Below, piece by piece: positions 34,235 to 44,503 of a stretch of DNA of 64,000 bases. The stretch covers positions 9,671 through 73,670 of the IMG/VR virus record IMGVR_UViG_3300008266_009503; one strand, 5' to 3'. The DNA comes from a virus. A program made the position numbers and the translations under genes. Each line of letters begins with the position of its first letter. The first letter of the stretch is position 1. The notes beneath the pieces are model-generated. The model was not told where the DNA came from. It saw nothing but the letters and a program-made list of their open reading frames with translations, and searched no databases.

Positions 34235-36094
34235 TTATACAACCTCACAAGCTCCTCCTGCACAAGCTGCTTCTCCGGCTAAGTTTGTATTGTCTACAAA
34301 TTCTATAACTTGGGAGAGATCTACCTTGTGCAGGCTTTTCATTTTTTCGTTATAAATCTCTTCTGTACAGTCTTCAAATGGAGCTTGAATATAGGTTCCG
34401 CCGTCGTAAGGTAGTACTGAAAGTCCGTTATAAAACTTTCTGTTCTCCCACATCCACTTACCTACCTCTTCCCATTCTTCTGCTTTTATAGAGACTGTAG
34501 CAGAAATATTGTGAGTATTACTTCCTGTTCTATGTCCAGGTTTAATCCAGTTTTGGTAAAAATGCTTAACCCTTTCTAAAAGATCCAAAGCAGATTCATG
34601 CCTCAGTATAGCACCTTCTGGTGCTTTTTGCGGTACTGAAATTACAGCAGTATCGTGTGGACGGAAGTACTCGTCTTCAATAAGTTCTGGATGATTTATC
34701 AACAGGTGAGTATAAATTGATTCGTTCTTACCGACTCTAATCCTACGAAGGTAGTAATCGTTATGCCAAGCATGAATACCGCTTGAAGTACCTAAAGTCA
34801 GAGAAGAAGTACCGGAAGGTTTAATAGTAGTACACCTTGCGGCAGAGTTAATACCGAGTAACTTAGCTACTCTGTCGTTTTCCTGCTTTACTATTTCAGC
34901 AGCTTCTTTTAAATTTAACTTCTGTGCAGCACCAGATCCAATTCCAGTCATACCTACACCAATCAAAGCATCTTTCTCGGTAGTACGTTGCCATACTGGT
35001 CTTAGGTAGTGAAAGTTAGTGTACGAGGCTTGTAAAGTTCCAATAAAAGTAGCAGCTTTTACTCTTGCATTCAAGTCTTCTTGATCTACTACATCAGAAA
35101 CATTTACCTCACAGAGGTTACAAAACTGAAAAGGACGTAAAGCAATCTCACAGCACGGGTTAGTACCCCAATCCTTGTCGTTATTAAAATAAATCCCGGG
35201 TTCACCAGCTCCACTAGCTTTAATTTTCTCCCATAAGTCAGAAAAGAACTCCTCTGTTACTTTGCTTCTGAGGAGAACTGCTGAATTATTGGCACGGCCT
35301 CGTTGAGGATGGAGCTCCCACCAAGCACCGGATTTAGCAGCAATCATATCTTCATCATCAGCACTAAATAGACTGATAAGAGCTGCTCTACGTATACCTC
35401 CTGCAAGTACTGCATCAGCAATGTGACATACCATGTCATGTACTTCGCTCGGAGTTAATTTATCGTTAGTTTCTTTACTATCTAGAATTCCTTGAACCTT
35501 AATCAAACACTCTTTAAGAGGTTGAGGACCAGGAGCTTTACCTCCTGAAGTTATTAACGCTGCTCCTTTTGGACGGATATCAGAAAAATCGAATATAGGA
35601 GTTGTCCCACCTTCGAAATACGATTTAACCAGTACTTTTACTGCATCGGCCCACCCTTCAATACTATCGCCAATCAAAAAACGTCTATGCTTCTTAGAAT
35701 CTGGTTTTCTTATTTCCGGTAGCTGCTCTACATGGTGTTTTTGAACAGAGTATCCTACCCCTGTACCGCCTAGAAGCAAAAACATTACCTCTCCAAAAGC
35801 TCTCCAATCGTCAATCGGTAAATAAGCGCAATTATAAATACGGTTAGGACTGATCTCGACAGGTTTACCGGCGAATTGCATAGACCTCATAGAAGGAAGT
35901 GCTTTCTTTTCGTAGACAAATCTATAGTTTTCTTCAATCTCTTCAGCTAGCTGCGGAAATTTTTTTAAATGCATACCTTTATTCCTGTCGACTAACTCTT
36001 TCCAGCTTTCCCTTCTTTCTTTTTCGGGATTGAATTTTGCATATTTCATGTAGACTGTTAGATCCGACAAAATACTCTTACTTACTTCCATCAT
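34235..36094 (-). CDS. nrdJ: Class II (B12-dependent) ribonucleotide reductase
   Basis: YNC, GGIRRAA, TNPCCEI, TIKPSGT, C-terminal CAGGAC; no beta-subunit gene nearby. Confidence 0.9.
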   Translation of the reverse strand: MMEVSKSILSDLTVYMKYAKFNPEKERRESWKELVDRNKGMHLKKFPQLAEEIEENYRFVYEKKALPSMRSMQFAGKPVEISPNRIYNCAYLPIDDWRAFGEVMFLLLGGTGVGYSVQKHHVEQLPEIRKPDSKKHRRFLIGDSIEGWADAVKVLVKSYFEGGTTPIFDFSDIRPKGAALITSGGKAPGPQPLKECLIKVQGILDSKETNDKLTPSEVHDMVCHIADAVLAGGIRRAALISLFSADDEDMIAAKSGAWWELHPQRGRANNSAVLLRSKVTEEFFSDLWEKIKASGAGEPGIYFNNDKDWGTNPCCEIALRPFQFCNLCEVNVSDVVDQEDLNARVKAATFIGTLQASYTNFHYLRPVWQRTTEKDALIGVGMTGIGSGAAQKLNLKEAAEIVKQENDRVAKLLGINSAARCTTIKPSGTSSLTLGTSSGIHAWHNDYYLRRIRVGKNESIYTHLLINHPELIEDEYFRPHDTAVISVPQKAPEGAILRHESALDLLERVKHFYQNWIKPGHRTGSNTHNISATVSIKAEEWEEVGKWMWENRKFYNGLSVLPYDGGTYIQAPFEDCTEEIYNEKMKSLHKVDLSQVIEFVDNTNLAGEAACAGGACEVV

Positions 36095-36238
36095 TTAAAT
36101 GTTTATCTATATTTTTAAAATTTCAATACTACGTTCAAACTACCCTAACTGTTACAGACAGTACTATTAGCTAAAGATAGGTATTTCAGCTAAAAATCAA
36201 AAGATTCTCAGAAAGATTCAAAACCTATTTACTAAAAA

Positions 36239-36457
36239 TTAAAGTAATCTGCTTGCTCCTGCATTCTGCTTGAATGTCTGAGCGATATACGAATCTTCAG
36301 GAAGAGGAGGTCTAAACGTAGGATCAACCTGATTTCTTTCGACAAGATCATTAGTTCCGTTCCTTTCCATATTGAAAACGAACTGCTCATAAGTATCCTG
36401 TACTGGAGGAGGCCCAAAGGCTGATTTTTTCTCGTCGTAAAGTGTAATAAGACTCAT
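36239..36457 (-). CDS. Hypothetical protein
   Basis: TATTTAT motif about 20 nt upstream. Confidence 0.6.
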   Translation of the reverse strand: MSLITLYDEKKSAFGPPPVQDTYEQFVFNMERNGTNDLVERNQVDPTFRPPLPEDSYIAQTFKQNAGASRLL

Positions 36458-36486
36458 ATTAAGGCAGTTTTATAGTAATAAATAGA

Positions 36487-37860
36487 CTATTTCCCTAATT
36501 CAAAGAATTTTTGCTGTAAATAATTTCGTTCTTCTGTACTAAATCCAGTTACAGGAGTCTTTCCTGGAATCACTGATCCTTCCGGAGTTAATTCATCTTC
36601 TCCGATTTCACGTGCTTCGATTTCAATATTACCATTCTCTGTGTTAATTTTCATAGGATAAGTCATTCCATCGGCACCATATCTATTTTTCATAATATGT
36701 CCTCTTCCTGTTCCGTTTACCTTGTCTAGCCTTTTTCTAGAAAGAGACATAGCAAAATCGGCGATCATAATCTTATTATATGAACCTGCTGCTTTATCTC
36801 CTTCAATAACATCGTCTTTTGCACCAGCCCTATTCACCTGAGATACTGTCCATACAGGTATTTTTAATTCCCGGGCTAGAGCTTTAGTAGATATATAGAC
36901 ATCGTCAATTTCATCTTTCCTGTCTATTGACTTTCTCTTAGACTTTAGCAAATCTACGTAGTCAATAATAATAAGATCAGGTTTATGACCGAGATCTGCA
37001 GTTTTCTGAATATGGCTTTCAATAGTAGATATAGACGCTTTACCCATTGGAAACTCCTTGATAATAAGCTTACCGGGTAGTTTATTAATAGCAGCATCTA
37101 CCTCTGCTCTATGCAGGCCTAACTCTTGAATTCGAATCCCGGTAAATACTGCATCATATCTCTTACCTACGTAGGCTTCTGATAACTCTAAAGTGTAGTG
37201 ACATACTGTACGTCCTGCAGAAACTGCCATAGCTCCCAAGGCTGTTAACATCCAGCTCTTACCTCCGCCTGGATTACCGAAGACAATACCGAGGTCTCCT
37301 GAACCTAATCCTCCTTCAAGTAATACGTTAATATGTTCCCATGGTGTAGCAACAGGACTTCTTTCTTCTAGTCTATAACGAGTTTCAGTGTCCTTTTCGT
37401 ACTCGTGTCCAATATTTTTATCAGACCCTGCTTTTAATGCAGTATCAATAAGGTATCTAATATCATCGTACTGCCCTTTTTCAAGAAGCTCCACCGAGGA
37501 GAGCAGGGCTTTTTTAAGTTGTTGGTTCTTACAGAAATTAGCAAATTCCTGTTCTACAAACTCTCTATCTTCGTTAGAGGCTTTATAAGCTTCTTTTAAT
37601 TGCTCGATAACAGAAACCTTCAGTACTTCGTTATCAATTTTTTTAACCTCTACCTGCAGTACGTCAAGAGTCGGAGAGGTATTATACTTGTAGTAGTACT
37701 TAAGAATCTCTTCTACAATCCATTTGTGAGCGGGGTTATCAAAATAATCTTCCTCTAAGATATCGTAGATACCTTGTAAAAACTCTTTATGCTTTAGTAA
37801 GCTTGATAGTACCTTAATCTGAAAACTTACCCCGTATTGGTTCAGCTGATTCAAAACCAT
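36487..37860 (-). CDS. dnaB: Replicative DnaB/gp41-like helicase
   Basis: GNPGGGKS, IIIDYVD, SQVNR, KNRYG. Confidence 0.93.
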   Translation of the reverse strand: MVLNQLNQYGVSFQIKVLSSLLKHKEFLQGIYDILEEDYFDNPAHKWIVEEILKYYYKYNTSPTLDVLQVEVKKIDNEVLKVSVIEQLKEAYKASNEDREFVEQEFANFCKNQQLKKALLSSVELLEKGQYDDIRYLIDTALKAGSDKNIGHEYEKDTETRYRLEERSPVATPWEHINVLLEGGLGSGDLGIVFGNPGGGKSWMLTALGAMAVSAGRTVCHYTLELSEAYVGKRYDAVFTGIRIQELGLHRAEVDAAINKLPGKLIIKEFPMGKASISTIESHIQKTADLGHKPDLIIIDYVDLLKSKRKSIDRKDEIDDVYISTKALARELKIPVWTVSQVNRAGAKDDVIEGDKAAGSYNKIMIADFAMSLSRKRLDKVNGTGRGHIMKNRYGADGMTYPMKINTENGNIEIEAREIGEDELTPEGSVIPGKTPVTGFSTEERNYLQQKFFELGK

Positions 37861-37890
37861 GTTTATGTTGTTTGTTTAAATATAAAACTT

Positions 37891-38586
37891 CTATATGTAA
37901 CTAAAAACTTTTTTTCTTACGTAATAGCTCATATTACTCGGAGCTATGTTGAAAGTTTTTGCTGCTTCTGCTGCAGATTCATATACCTCTCCGGTAGCTA
38001 CATGCTGTACTTTTTTTCTAAGAGTACTATACTTTTCTATACGTAATTGAATTTTAGTTTTACTTCTTTTTTCATATTCCTGTTTTGTAATAAAACTAAA
38101 TTCTCCTTTTTTTAACCGGCCTGTAATAGTTCCCGGAGTTAATCCCAGTATTTTTGCAGCATGCTTTCCAGATTCAAAAACAGCCCCTGTTTCATTATGT
38201 ATAATTGCTGTTTTACGAGCTTCCCCTATTTTTGTCTTAGTTTCTTCGGAATGTTTCATACCGGTTCTAGTACTACTTATTCTTCTATTTCTTTCTAAAG
38301 AGTGTTTTACTCCTTTTCTGATTTTACTGAAATGTTCTTTCATTTCTTCTGTATGATGCCACCCTTTCAGAGTCTCTTTTTCCATTCGTAACCTTATGGC
38401 GTGACATGCAATTTCATCTCCCTGCTCTAAATGTATTTTATAGTGATCCTCTATGGTAATACATTTTAAATTTTCTAAAGAGTTATTTTTTCTGTTTCCG
38501 TCAACATGATGTATCTCGTAACTCCTACCTTGTTCGTCTACCGGGATAGGGCCGTAGTGTTTTTCCCAAAGTTTTCGATAGTTCAT
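37891..38586 (-). CDS. HNH homing endonuclease with NUMOD3/NUMOD1 domains (likely start MNYRK)
   Basis: EIHHVDGNRKNN..ENL.....EH...H; HSEET; two ETG.VFES...AA repeats. Confidence 0.88.
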   Translation of the reverse strand: MNYRKLWEKHYGPIPVDEQGRSYEIHHVDGNRKNNSLENLKCITIEDHYKIHLEQGDEIACHAIRLRMEKETLKGWHHTEEMKEHFSKIRKGVKHSLERNRRISSTRTGMKHSEETKTKIGEARKTAIIHNETGAVFESGKHAAKILGLTPGTITGRLKKGEFSFITKQEYEKRSKTKIQLRIEKYSTLRKKVQHVATGEVYESAAEAAKTFNIAPSNMSYYVRKKVFSYI

Positions 38587-38650
38587 ATTTAAATTTATAA
38601 TAAATATCAACTAATTTAAAACACTCATAACTTAATTTAACTTATTTTTA

Positions 38651-39667
38651 TTAATCTTTCAACTTATACTGCAATAGTTTAGTAAAAGTTTCATTTAACC
38701 ACATCTGCGGATTGAGTAAAGTCTTTCCTAGCAAATCCTCTTTATACAAGTCTACAAACTTTTCAGGAGTATAGCTTATAGTCGGATTAGCAATAAGAAA
38801 ATCTAATCTAGCTACATCTTCTTCCGGAATGTTAGGATTGTGTAAATCCATTAGTTGTTTATTAATCTGTAGCTGAGCTTTAAAGTTAATAATATCTACA
38901 AATTTTTTATCTTTTCCGTTACACTCCTGTAGTAGATCTTCTAGACTAACTTTCTTTTCGCTAGCTAGACTAGGAAACATTTTTAGCAGAGTCTTAATTT
39001 GAATACCTTTTACTCCAGGCACGTTATCCCCCTTATCCCCTACGATAACCTTATGGGTTAAAAAGTTATGTGGTGGTATACCATACTCCTTTAGAACCTG
39101 CTGAGGGCTATAGATAACCTTTTTAACAGGGGAATAAATACTGGTATTATTAGAAGTGAGTTGTAGATAGTCTTGATCGGTAGAAAGTATAACTACTTTT
39201 TCAGAAAATTTCTGTGCTAGGTAGCCAATAACATCGTCTGCTTCAATCTTATTAATAGCAATTAAGTCTACCGGTAAGCACTTAAGGTAGTCAATAAGTC
39301 GTATGATTTGACTCGTTATTGACTCTGACTCTTCTTCTTGACTGTCGAATGCATCCCAGTTAGAGATTTTAGTAATATGGCGGTTAGCTTTGTAGTCAGG
39401 GTACAGGTACCTTTTGTTGGTAGAACCTCCCTGTCCGTCAAAAACTAGTATTACTCTGGTGGGTTGAATCTGTCTAATTACAGCTCCTATAGATTTTAAA
39501 AATCCTCCTAATCCTCCAACATGATTGCCGACTGGATTAATATGATGAATAGCTACAAAGTTACGTAAGAAAGTATTAAGAGAATCTACAATTAAAACTT
39601 TACTATTCCTGTGTAAATGTACTTCCGGCTCTTTCTCCATCTGCTCGAACATCTTTCTGTAGTCCAT
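38651..39667 (-). CDS. 5'-3' exonuclease / flap endonuclease (T4 RNase H-like)
   Basis: FDG, YKANR, EADD, STDQD, GDKGDNVPGVKGI. Confidence 0.93.
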   Translation of the reverse strand: MDYRKMFEQMEKEPEVHLHRNSKVLIVDSLNTFLRNFVAIHHINPVGNHVGGLGGFLKSIGAVIRQIQPTRVILVFDGQGGSTNKRYLYPDYKANRHITKISNWDAFDSQEEESESITSQIIRLIDYLKCLPVDLIAINKIEADDVIGYLAQKFSEKVVILSTDQDYLQLTSNNTSIYSPVKKVIYSPQQVLKEYGIPPHNFLTHKVIVGDKGDNVPGVKGIQIKTLLKMFPSLASEKKVSLEDLLQECNGKDKKFVDIINFKAQLQINKQLMDLHNPNIPEEDVARLDFLIANPTISYTPEKFVDLYKEDLLGKTLLNPQMWLNETFTKLLQYKLKD

Positions 39668-40046
39668 TTTTCTTTTGTTTAGCGATAGGATTAGCCAACC
39701 TTTCAGCTATTCTTTCTCGAATTATTTCAATATCCTTGATAGTAGGAATGTATCCATTCATTAATTCCTGTGGAACTCCGTCCCAAGATACTAGATAGCT
39801 CTGCACATTAAAGCCCCTGTTTAAACACTCGTTGTAAAGGCCAACGTACCTATCTCTTAAGTAGCCGAGCTTATCATAAAAGAAAGATACGTGACCTTTA
39901 CCGAGAGTAAACTGTGTTGGTATGTTGTTAAGATTACACCTACCTTTTGCTACAACATTAGGAATACGTTTTAATTCCCTATGTTCAGCAATCAAATGCT
40001 TATTTGTTAATTCTATAGGAGGAATACCTACATTAATTCTTGTCAT
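39603..40046 (-). CDS. denV: Pyrimidine-dimer DNA glycosylase (endonuclease V)
   Basis: MTRIN...L...HL.AE.RE..RI, F.LG.GHV.FFY.KL.YL..R. Confidence 0.93.
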   Translation of the reverse strand: MTRINVGIPPIELTNKHLIAEHRELKRIPNVVAKGRCNLNNIPTQFTLGKGHVSFFYDKLGYLRDRYVGLYNECLNRGFNVQSYLVSWDGVPQELMNGYIPTIKDIEIIRERIAERLANPIAKQKKNGLQKDVRADGERAGSTFTQE

Positions 40047-40070
40047 AACCTATTTTAGCTAAAGATAAGG

Positions 40071-41147
40071 TTATTCCTCTGATACGTCAAAGATATCTTT
40101 ATTATCTTCGTCGGTTTCTATCACTACATCAAAATCTGTAGACCCTAAAGTCTTTAACCAGTCTTTTGAGTATTGCTTTTTGTAAGCATCAATAGCTTGT
40201 TTAGTATCATCGATAAAACCGTGAGCAGTCATAATGACCCTTCCGGTAGATGTTACATCATTAACGTGGTTTTTATCGCAACTAACCTTAGTTCGCTTTG
40301 CAAACTCTACATCCTTACCGTTCTTAGTAGCTTTTATTTTATTAGTCCCGGAATTAGTTACATTACCGAACGTGATAATCAAAGAAGAATCAAAGTACAT
40401 AGTGTCGCCGCCTTTATTTTTCATTTTAGGCTGCGCCATAATATTTTCTGCTTTAGCTACCCAGATTTTATTTACTGCAAGCATGGTATTAGTGTAGGGT
40501 TGACTTTGCTTGCGGGATAGTACAATTTTCTGATTGATAAAGTTACCAAACTGCTGAGACATTGCACCTGCATTCCACTCGTTATTATTCTTATTAGACT
40601 CAACAGATAACCTGCTAGGAATAGATCCTACAGAATCCCATAGAAGCAGTAGATCGTGTGGAAGCCTTCCGTTCTTTTGCTCATCAAGTAGATCAGCAAT
40701 AAAAGCAGCAACGTCTTCAATGGTATTTAATCTCTCTCTATCAATGTATATAAAAAAACCTTTATAATCCGATACCACACCGTTACTGTCTGGTACGTCT
40801 TCAAACTGTAGACCCATCTGCCGGGCATGTTCCCAGTTCCACTTCATCTCCGTAATAATAAAAACAGGTAAGATGCTCATTTTCTGGGCATTTACTGCTG
40901 CTTCTAGTAATGCGGTGGTTTTTCCTGTATCAGAATGACCTCTTAGTAAGGTAATATGTCCGATAGGAATACCTGGGATAGACAAGCAGTCTTGAAAAGC
41001 TTGTGATAAAGGAATCCACCTTTGTTCTTTCATTTTGATGGAAGTACTAGATAGATTTTTAGCTTGAATAAACTTCTCAAGGTCAAAAGAACCTTTCAAA
41101 GCACCTGCAACACTTTCGTTAAGTGAAGCTTTATTTGCTTTCGACAT
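40071..41147 (-). CDS. recA: RecA/UvsX-like recombinase
   Basis: GHSDTGKTT Walker A, WDSVG Walker B, KGG, KNH. Confidence 0.85.
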   Translation of the reverse strand: MSKANKASLNESVAGALKGSFDLEKFIQAKNLSSTSIKMKEQRWIPLSQAFQDCLSIPGIPIGHITLLRGHSDTGKTTALLEAAVNAQKMSILPVFIITEMKWNWEHARQMGLQFEDVPDSNGVVSDYKGFFIYIDRERLNTIEDVAAFIADLLDEQKNGRLPHDLLLLWDSVGSIPSRLSVESNKNNNEWNAGAMSQQFGNFINQKIVLSRKQSQPYTNTMLAVNKIWVAKAENIMAQPKMKNKGGDTMYFDSSLIITFGNVTNSGTNKIKATKNGKDVEFAKRTKVSCDKNHVNDVTSTGRVIMTAHGFIDDTKQAIDAYKKQYSKDWLKTLGSTDFDVVIETDEDNKDIFDVSEE

Positions 41148-41216
41148 ACTCTTATTTATTTTATTTGCAATTACCGATTATTTTTCTTAATTCACTGCTC
41201 TATAGGCAGTAAGCTA

Positions 41217-42017
41217 TTACTTGAAAAGCTCATCAAATTCGTCATCAATGCTTACTTTTGGTTTTGCATTGAGAGTAAAAGAAGCAGGCGGAACAGCGGG
41301 CTTAGGAGCTTCTGCCTCTGGTGCAGCTGCTTTCTCTGCAGTTTCTTCTGGATTTAACCAAGAGAACAATGATTCTTTCATTTCGTCGTAAGAGTACTTC
41401 TTAAAGATAGAAAATACTTCGGGTTGATTATTTAACCACTTTTCTACCTCTGCAGCATTGTCTGAAAGAGGAGTTGTTTTAGTACGTACGCGTACTTTGG
41501 ACTGATTAAAACTAGTTCCGTTACTTTCAGGACCTGTAGTTTCAATAGTAATATCACGACCCTGGATTACATCGGTATAATCACCAACATCTGGATCATC
41601 AGCAAGGCTGAGTAGTTCGGCATAAATTTGCTTACCGAATTCCCAGAGACGAACTCCTTTCTCTTCTTCCCCACGTACAATTACAGGAGCAAATACACGC
41701 ATCTTTGGTTCAAGCTTACGTGACATCATCCAATTCTCCTTATCGCCCGTAGTAGCTAGTTGTTTAGCAAACTCTACAATAGGGTCTTTTTCGCCAAAAT
41801 TTGCTAAAGAAATCATAGTACGGTTACCAATACCGTAGTGTACGAAAACTTCCTTAAAAGGATTTGACTTATCCCACATAGCAGGAACAATTCGTACAGA
41901 ATGCTTTCCTACTGCTGGCTTCCAGAGAATAAGAGACATATCTCTTTTCTGTCCGCCCTGTTTTTGGTTTTGCAATGCGCTTAATTTAGACTTAATGGTG
42001 CTGAGATCCATTCCCAT
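41217..42017 (-). CDS. Single-stranded DNA-binding protein (gp32-like)
   Basis: WKP..G...VRIVP, DPI.E, LWEFG, D.TD...GRD; acidic tail DDEFDELF. Confidence 0.8.
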   Translation of the reverse strand: MGMDLSTIKSKLSALQNQKQGGQKRDMSLILWKPAVGKHSVRIVPAMWDKSNPFKEVFVHYGIGNRTMISLANFGEKDPIVEFAKQLATTGDKENWMMSRKLEPKMRVFAPVIVRGEEEKGVRLWEFGKQIYAELLSLADDPDVGDYTDVIQGRDITIETTGPESNGTSFNQSKVRVRTKTTPLSDNAAEVEKWLNNQPEVFSIFKKYSYDEMKESLFSWLNPEETAEKAAAPEAEAPKPAVPPASFTLNAKPKVSIDDEFDELFK

Positions 42018-42082
42018 AACTTTTTTTTTAATTAAGAATTATTTGACTAAGGAAAAATAAAAAGAAATTTTCAATCTAGCAA

Positions 42083-42502
42083 CTAAATGTTGACTATTCT
42101 GTAAATTTTTGTAGAAAGCTTCTTAAGCTCGTCTCCTTGTGATAGGAGTACAGTGTTTCTGTAGTTTTGCCATTCGACTTTAAACGTAGTATCGAGAATA
42201 CCTTCGTTTAGAGATTTAATCAACAGATTAAGACTGTTAATTGTGTATAGAGTATTAGTCTCTTTCTTTCTATGCAAGAGTATCGTGTTAGGAAGCACTC
42301 TAGCACTACTTCCTTGAAGCTCAATATTGTAAGTACATAAATATTCTTCAGAATCTTCCGATTCTAGTACAAAAATCTTACCGTACATGATAATGTACTC
42401 GGATCTAATAGTAGTCAGGATATCTTCTAGCTTATCCTTAGTAGAAAAAGTACAAAATAACTTATTTTTCAACTGATCTTGTGTTAATTCAATATATTCC
42501 AT
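42083..42502 (-). CDS. Conserved hypothetical phage protein
   Basis: LFCTF...HRKKE.NTLYTIN.LN motif. Confidence 0.7.
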   Translation of the reverse strand: MEYIELTQDQLKNKLFCTFSTKDKLEDILTTIRSEYIIMYGKIFVLESEDSEEYLCTYNIELQGSSARVLPNTILLHRKKETNTLYTINSLNLLIKSLNEGILDTTFKVEWQNYRNTVLLSQGDELKKLSTKIYRIVNI

Positions 42503-42523
42503 AATAAATAGGATTAAACCCTT

Positions 42524-43819
42524 CTAAAAGTTGTAGTTATGACCTTTTTTTGCTTTTACTTTATAATTACCTATCTCAATGACGTTTTTAATTTCAGTTA
42601 GAAACCCTTTTCCGTCCTCTGCTGAATAATCTATTAGAATAGAGTCGTAGACAACTAGTATTACTTTACTTTTCTTTCCTCTTAGTAATTCTTTTAGGTC
42701 TATCAGCTTTTTTACATTATTTACCGTCTCTAAACATTGAACATAGTAGTTAAAGAGTTTTTGAGGTGTGAAATCTCCTTTAAAAATCTTCCTACCGTTA
42801 GGTAAGGTTAACTTTCCTACACGTCTATACTCAACCCACATAGCCTCAACAAATTCAGCAATTTCTTTAAATAGTTCAATATGTTTATATTCCTCTTCTA
42901 CTCCATTATACAGTTGCCTAAAGGTAATTTTTTTAGACTCCTGGTATTCTTCCGGAGTTAATTCTTCTTTTTTAAAATACTCCTCACCTAAGAATACATG
43001 GATTGACTTATCTACAGGTATTTCTGTTCCTAACATGTTTGCAATTAACCTCAAATGATATCCATCGAAGTCAAATTCAACAAAAGCATCGTTTTCAGGA
43101 ATAAAAGCTGTTCTGGAATTGTTATCTTTGTTAAAGGCTAGGAAGTTTATACCATTAAAAGCGTTAGTAGGCCTAGAAGTTATGTTATAAAGGTTATAGC
43201 TTGTGTATATCCTACTCTCTTTCATAGATCTACCCTTCCATACGGGTTCGAAGAACTTATCGAAAACCCGGGGATCTGTAAGCAGACCCTGTTCTTCTAC
43301 CCACCTATAGGCCTCTACATACTTTTCCTGCCATTCTACATTAGTTTCCTGTCCAATATAGGATTTTACTTTTTCAAACATACACTCACACCTCTCGTAA
43401 TGTTTTGAAATAGGAATGAGAGTGTTAACCTCTACGTTATACTTAAACTTATTATAGAAATCAAAATGCAATGTAGTATAGCACTGTAAGTCCTTTAACT
43501 CGTTATCATGATCAAGGATAGTAAAGTATACATCTACAGCTTGCGGCAGGTCGAGGTAATAGGAATGCCACTTCTTATCTAAGAGATAGACTTTTGGAAT
43601 GTTTTGTAAAAAGGTTTGAATATCTTCTAACCTAAGAGAAAAGGCTTCTGAATGTTTAATTGGAAAAATATAGCCTTTCTGAAAATCGTTGTAATATAGT
43701 AGACAAGGAGCAGTAAGCAGTGGATGAGATTCTTCAGATAGAGAAACAAGCTCAATGAAACACTTCTCCGGTTTCGGTAAACTCTCTAACTGCTCTTTTG
43801 TTTCTATCACGAAGTACAT
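42524..43819 (-). CDS. Short, divergent family A polymerase paralog
   Basis: TSRP, EFDFDGYHLRL (A), SKKITFRQLY (B), FNY.VQ..E, VYDSILID (C). Confidence 0.75.
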   Translation of the reverse strand: MYFVIETKEQLESLPKPEKCFIELVSLSEESHPLLTAPCLLYYNDFQKGYIFPIKHSEAFSLRLEDIQTFLQNIPKVYLLDKKWHSYYLDLPQAVDVYFTILDHDNELKDLQCYTTLHFDFYNKFKYNVEVNTLIPISKHYERCECMFEKVKSYIGQETNVEWQEKYVEAYRWVEEQGLLTDPRVFDKFFEPVWKGRSMKESRIYTSYNLYNITSRPTNAFNGINFLAFNKDNNSRTAFIPENDAFVEFDFDGYHLRLIANMLGTEIPVDKSIHVFLGEEYFKKEELTPEEYQESKKITFRQLYNGVEEEYKHIELFKEIAEFVEAMWVEYRRVGKLTLPNGRKIFKGDFTPQKLFNYYVQCLETVNNVKKLIDLKELLRGKKSKVILVVYDSILIDYSAEDGKGFLTEIKNVIEIGNYKVKAKKGHNYNF

Positions 43820-43874
43820 AACTTTTATTTTTACCCTTACCTAAAGATAGATAGTCTACCTTTATATACCAACT

Positions 43875-44501
43875 CTATGGTGTCACTCTAGCAAACTTAG
43901 TATAGTCTCCCCCTATGTAAGAAATAATTCCTTTAAAAGAAGCTTCCTTAGCTTCTGTAACTCTTTTATTAGTGTCTACAATACCTCCCTGTATCTGGTA
44001 CTGAGATATTCTCTTATTGTTTAGAGGTCCGGTTAGTTGCCAAAACATACTAGTTACTTCATAAGCAAGAACAGTTTGTTCTGTAAGTCCGTTTTGTAAA
44101 TTAGACCAATCGTTTTCTGAAATTTCAAGTATGTAACCAGGGCCAGTTAATTGCTTGGCAAAATATCTAGTAAAATACCCTCTTGCATAATCTGATTCTA
44201 AAGGTATGGGATAGTACGGTACAAGTTGTCCGAGTTCGACACTAGTAGCTATTGTTGCTCCCTGTGTTGCAGATTGAATTGCTTCTGCACGTAGAGCAGG
44301 TCTACGGGTAAGAACTTCTTCCTGTTCACTTTTAACGAGAAGTATATTGGTTCCTAGCAGAGGATTAACTCCTGTAAAAGCTTTTCCATCAAACGTCAAG
44401 TAATACCTTCCGCTATAAGGTTTTCCATCAGGCAGAAAAAAGTCTCCTCCTCGTGTGTAAAGGTTTGTTTTTATTCTAGTGGAAGGGTAATATTTAACCA
44501 T
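43875..44501 (-). CDS. Hypothetical virion/baseplate-associated protein
   Basis: LYT.GG.F...G..Y.G.Y motif; last gene of the tail operon. Confidence 0.55.
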   Translation of the reverse strand: MVKYYPSTRIKTNLYTRGGDFFLPDGKPYSGRYYLTFDGKAFTGVNPLLGTNILLVKSEQEEVLTRRPALRAEAIQSATQGATIATSVELGQLVPYYPIPLESDYARGYFTRYFAKQLTGPGYILEISENDWSNLQNGLTEQTVLAYEVTSMFWQLTGPLNNKRISQYQIQGGIVDTNKRVTEAKEASFKGIISYIGGDYTKFARVTP

Positions 44502-44503
44502 GA

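Noticed and set aside
28797-38610. HNH genes as group I intron or intein cargo
   Set aside because: The flanking genes (queF, dpdA-like, dnaB, FEN) are intact; both endonucleases are free-standing.
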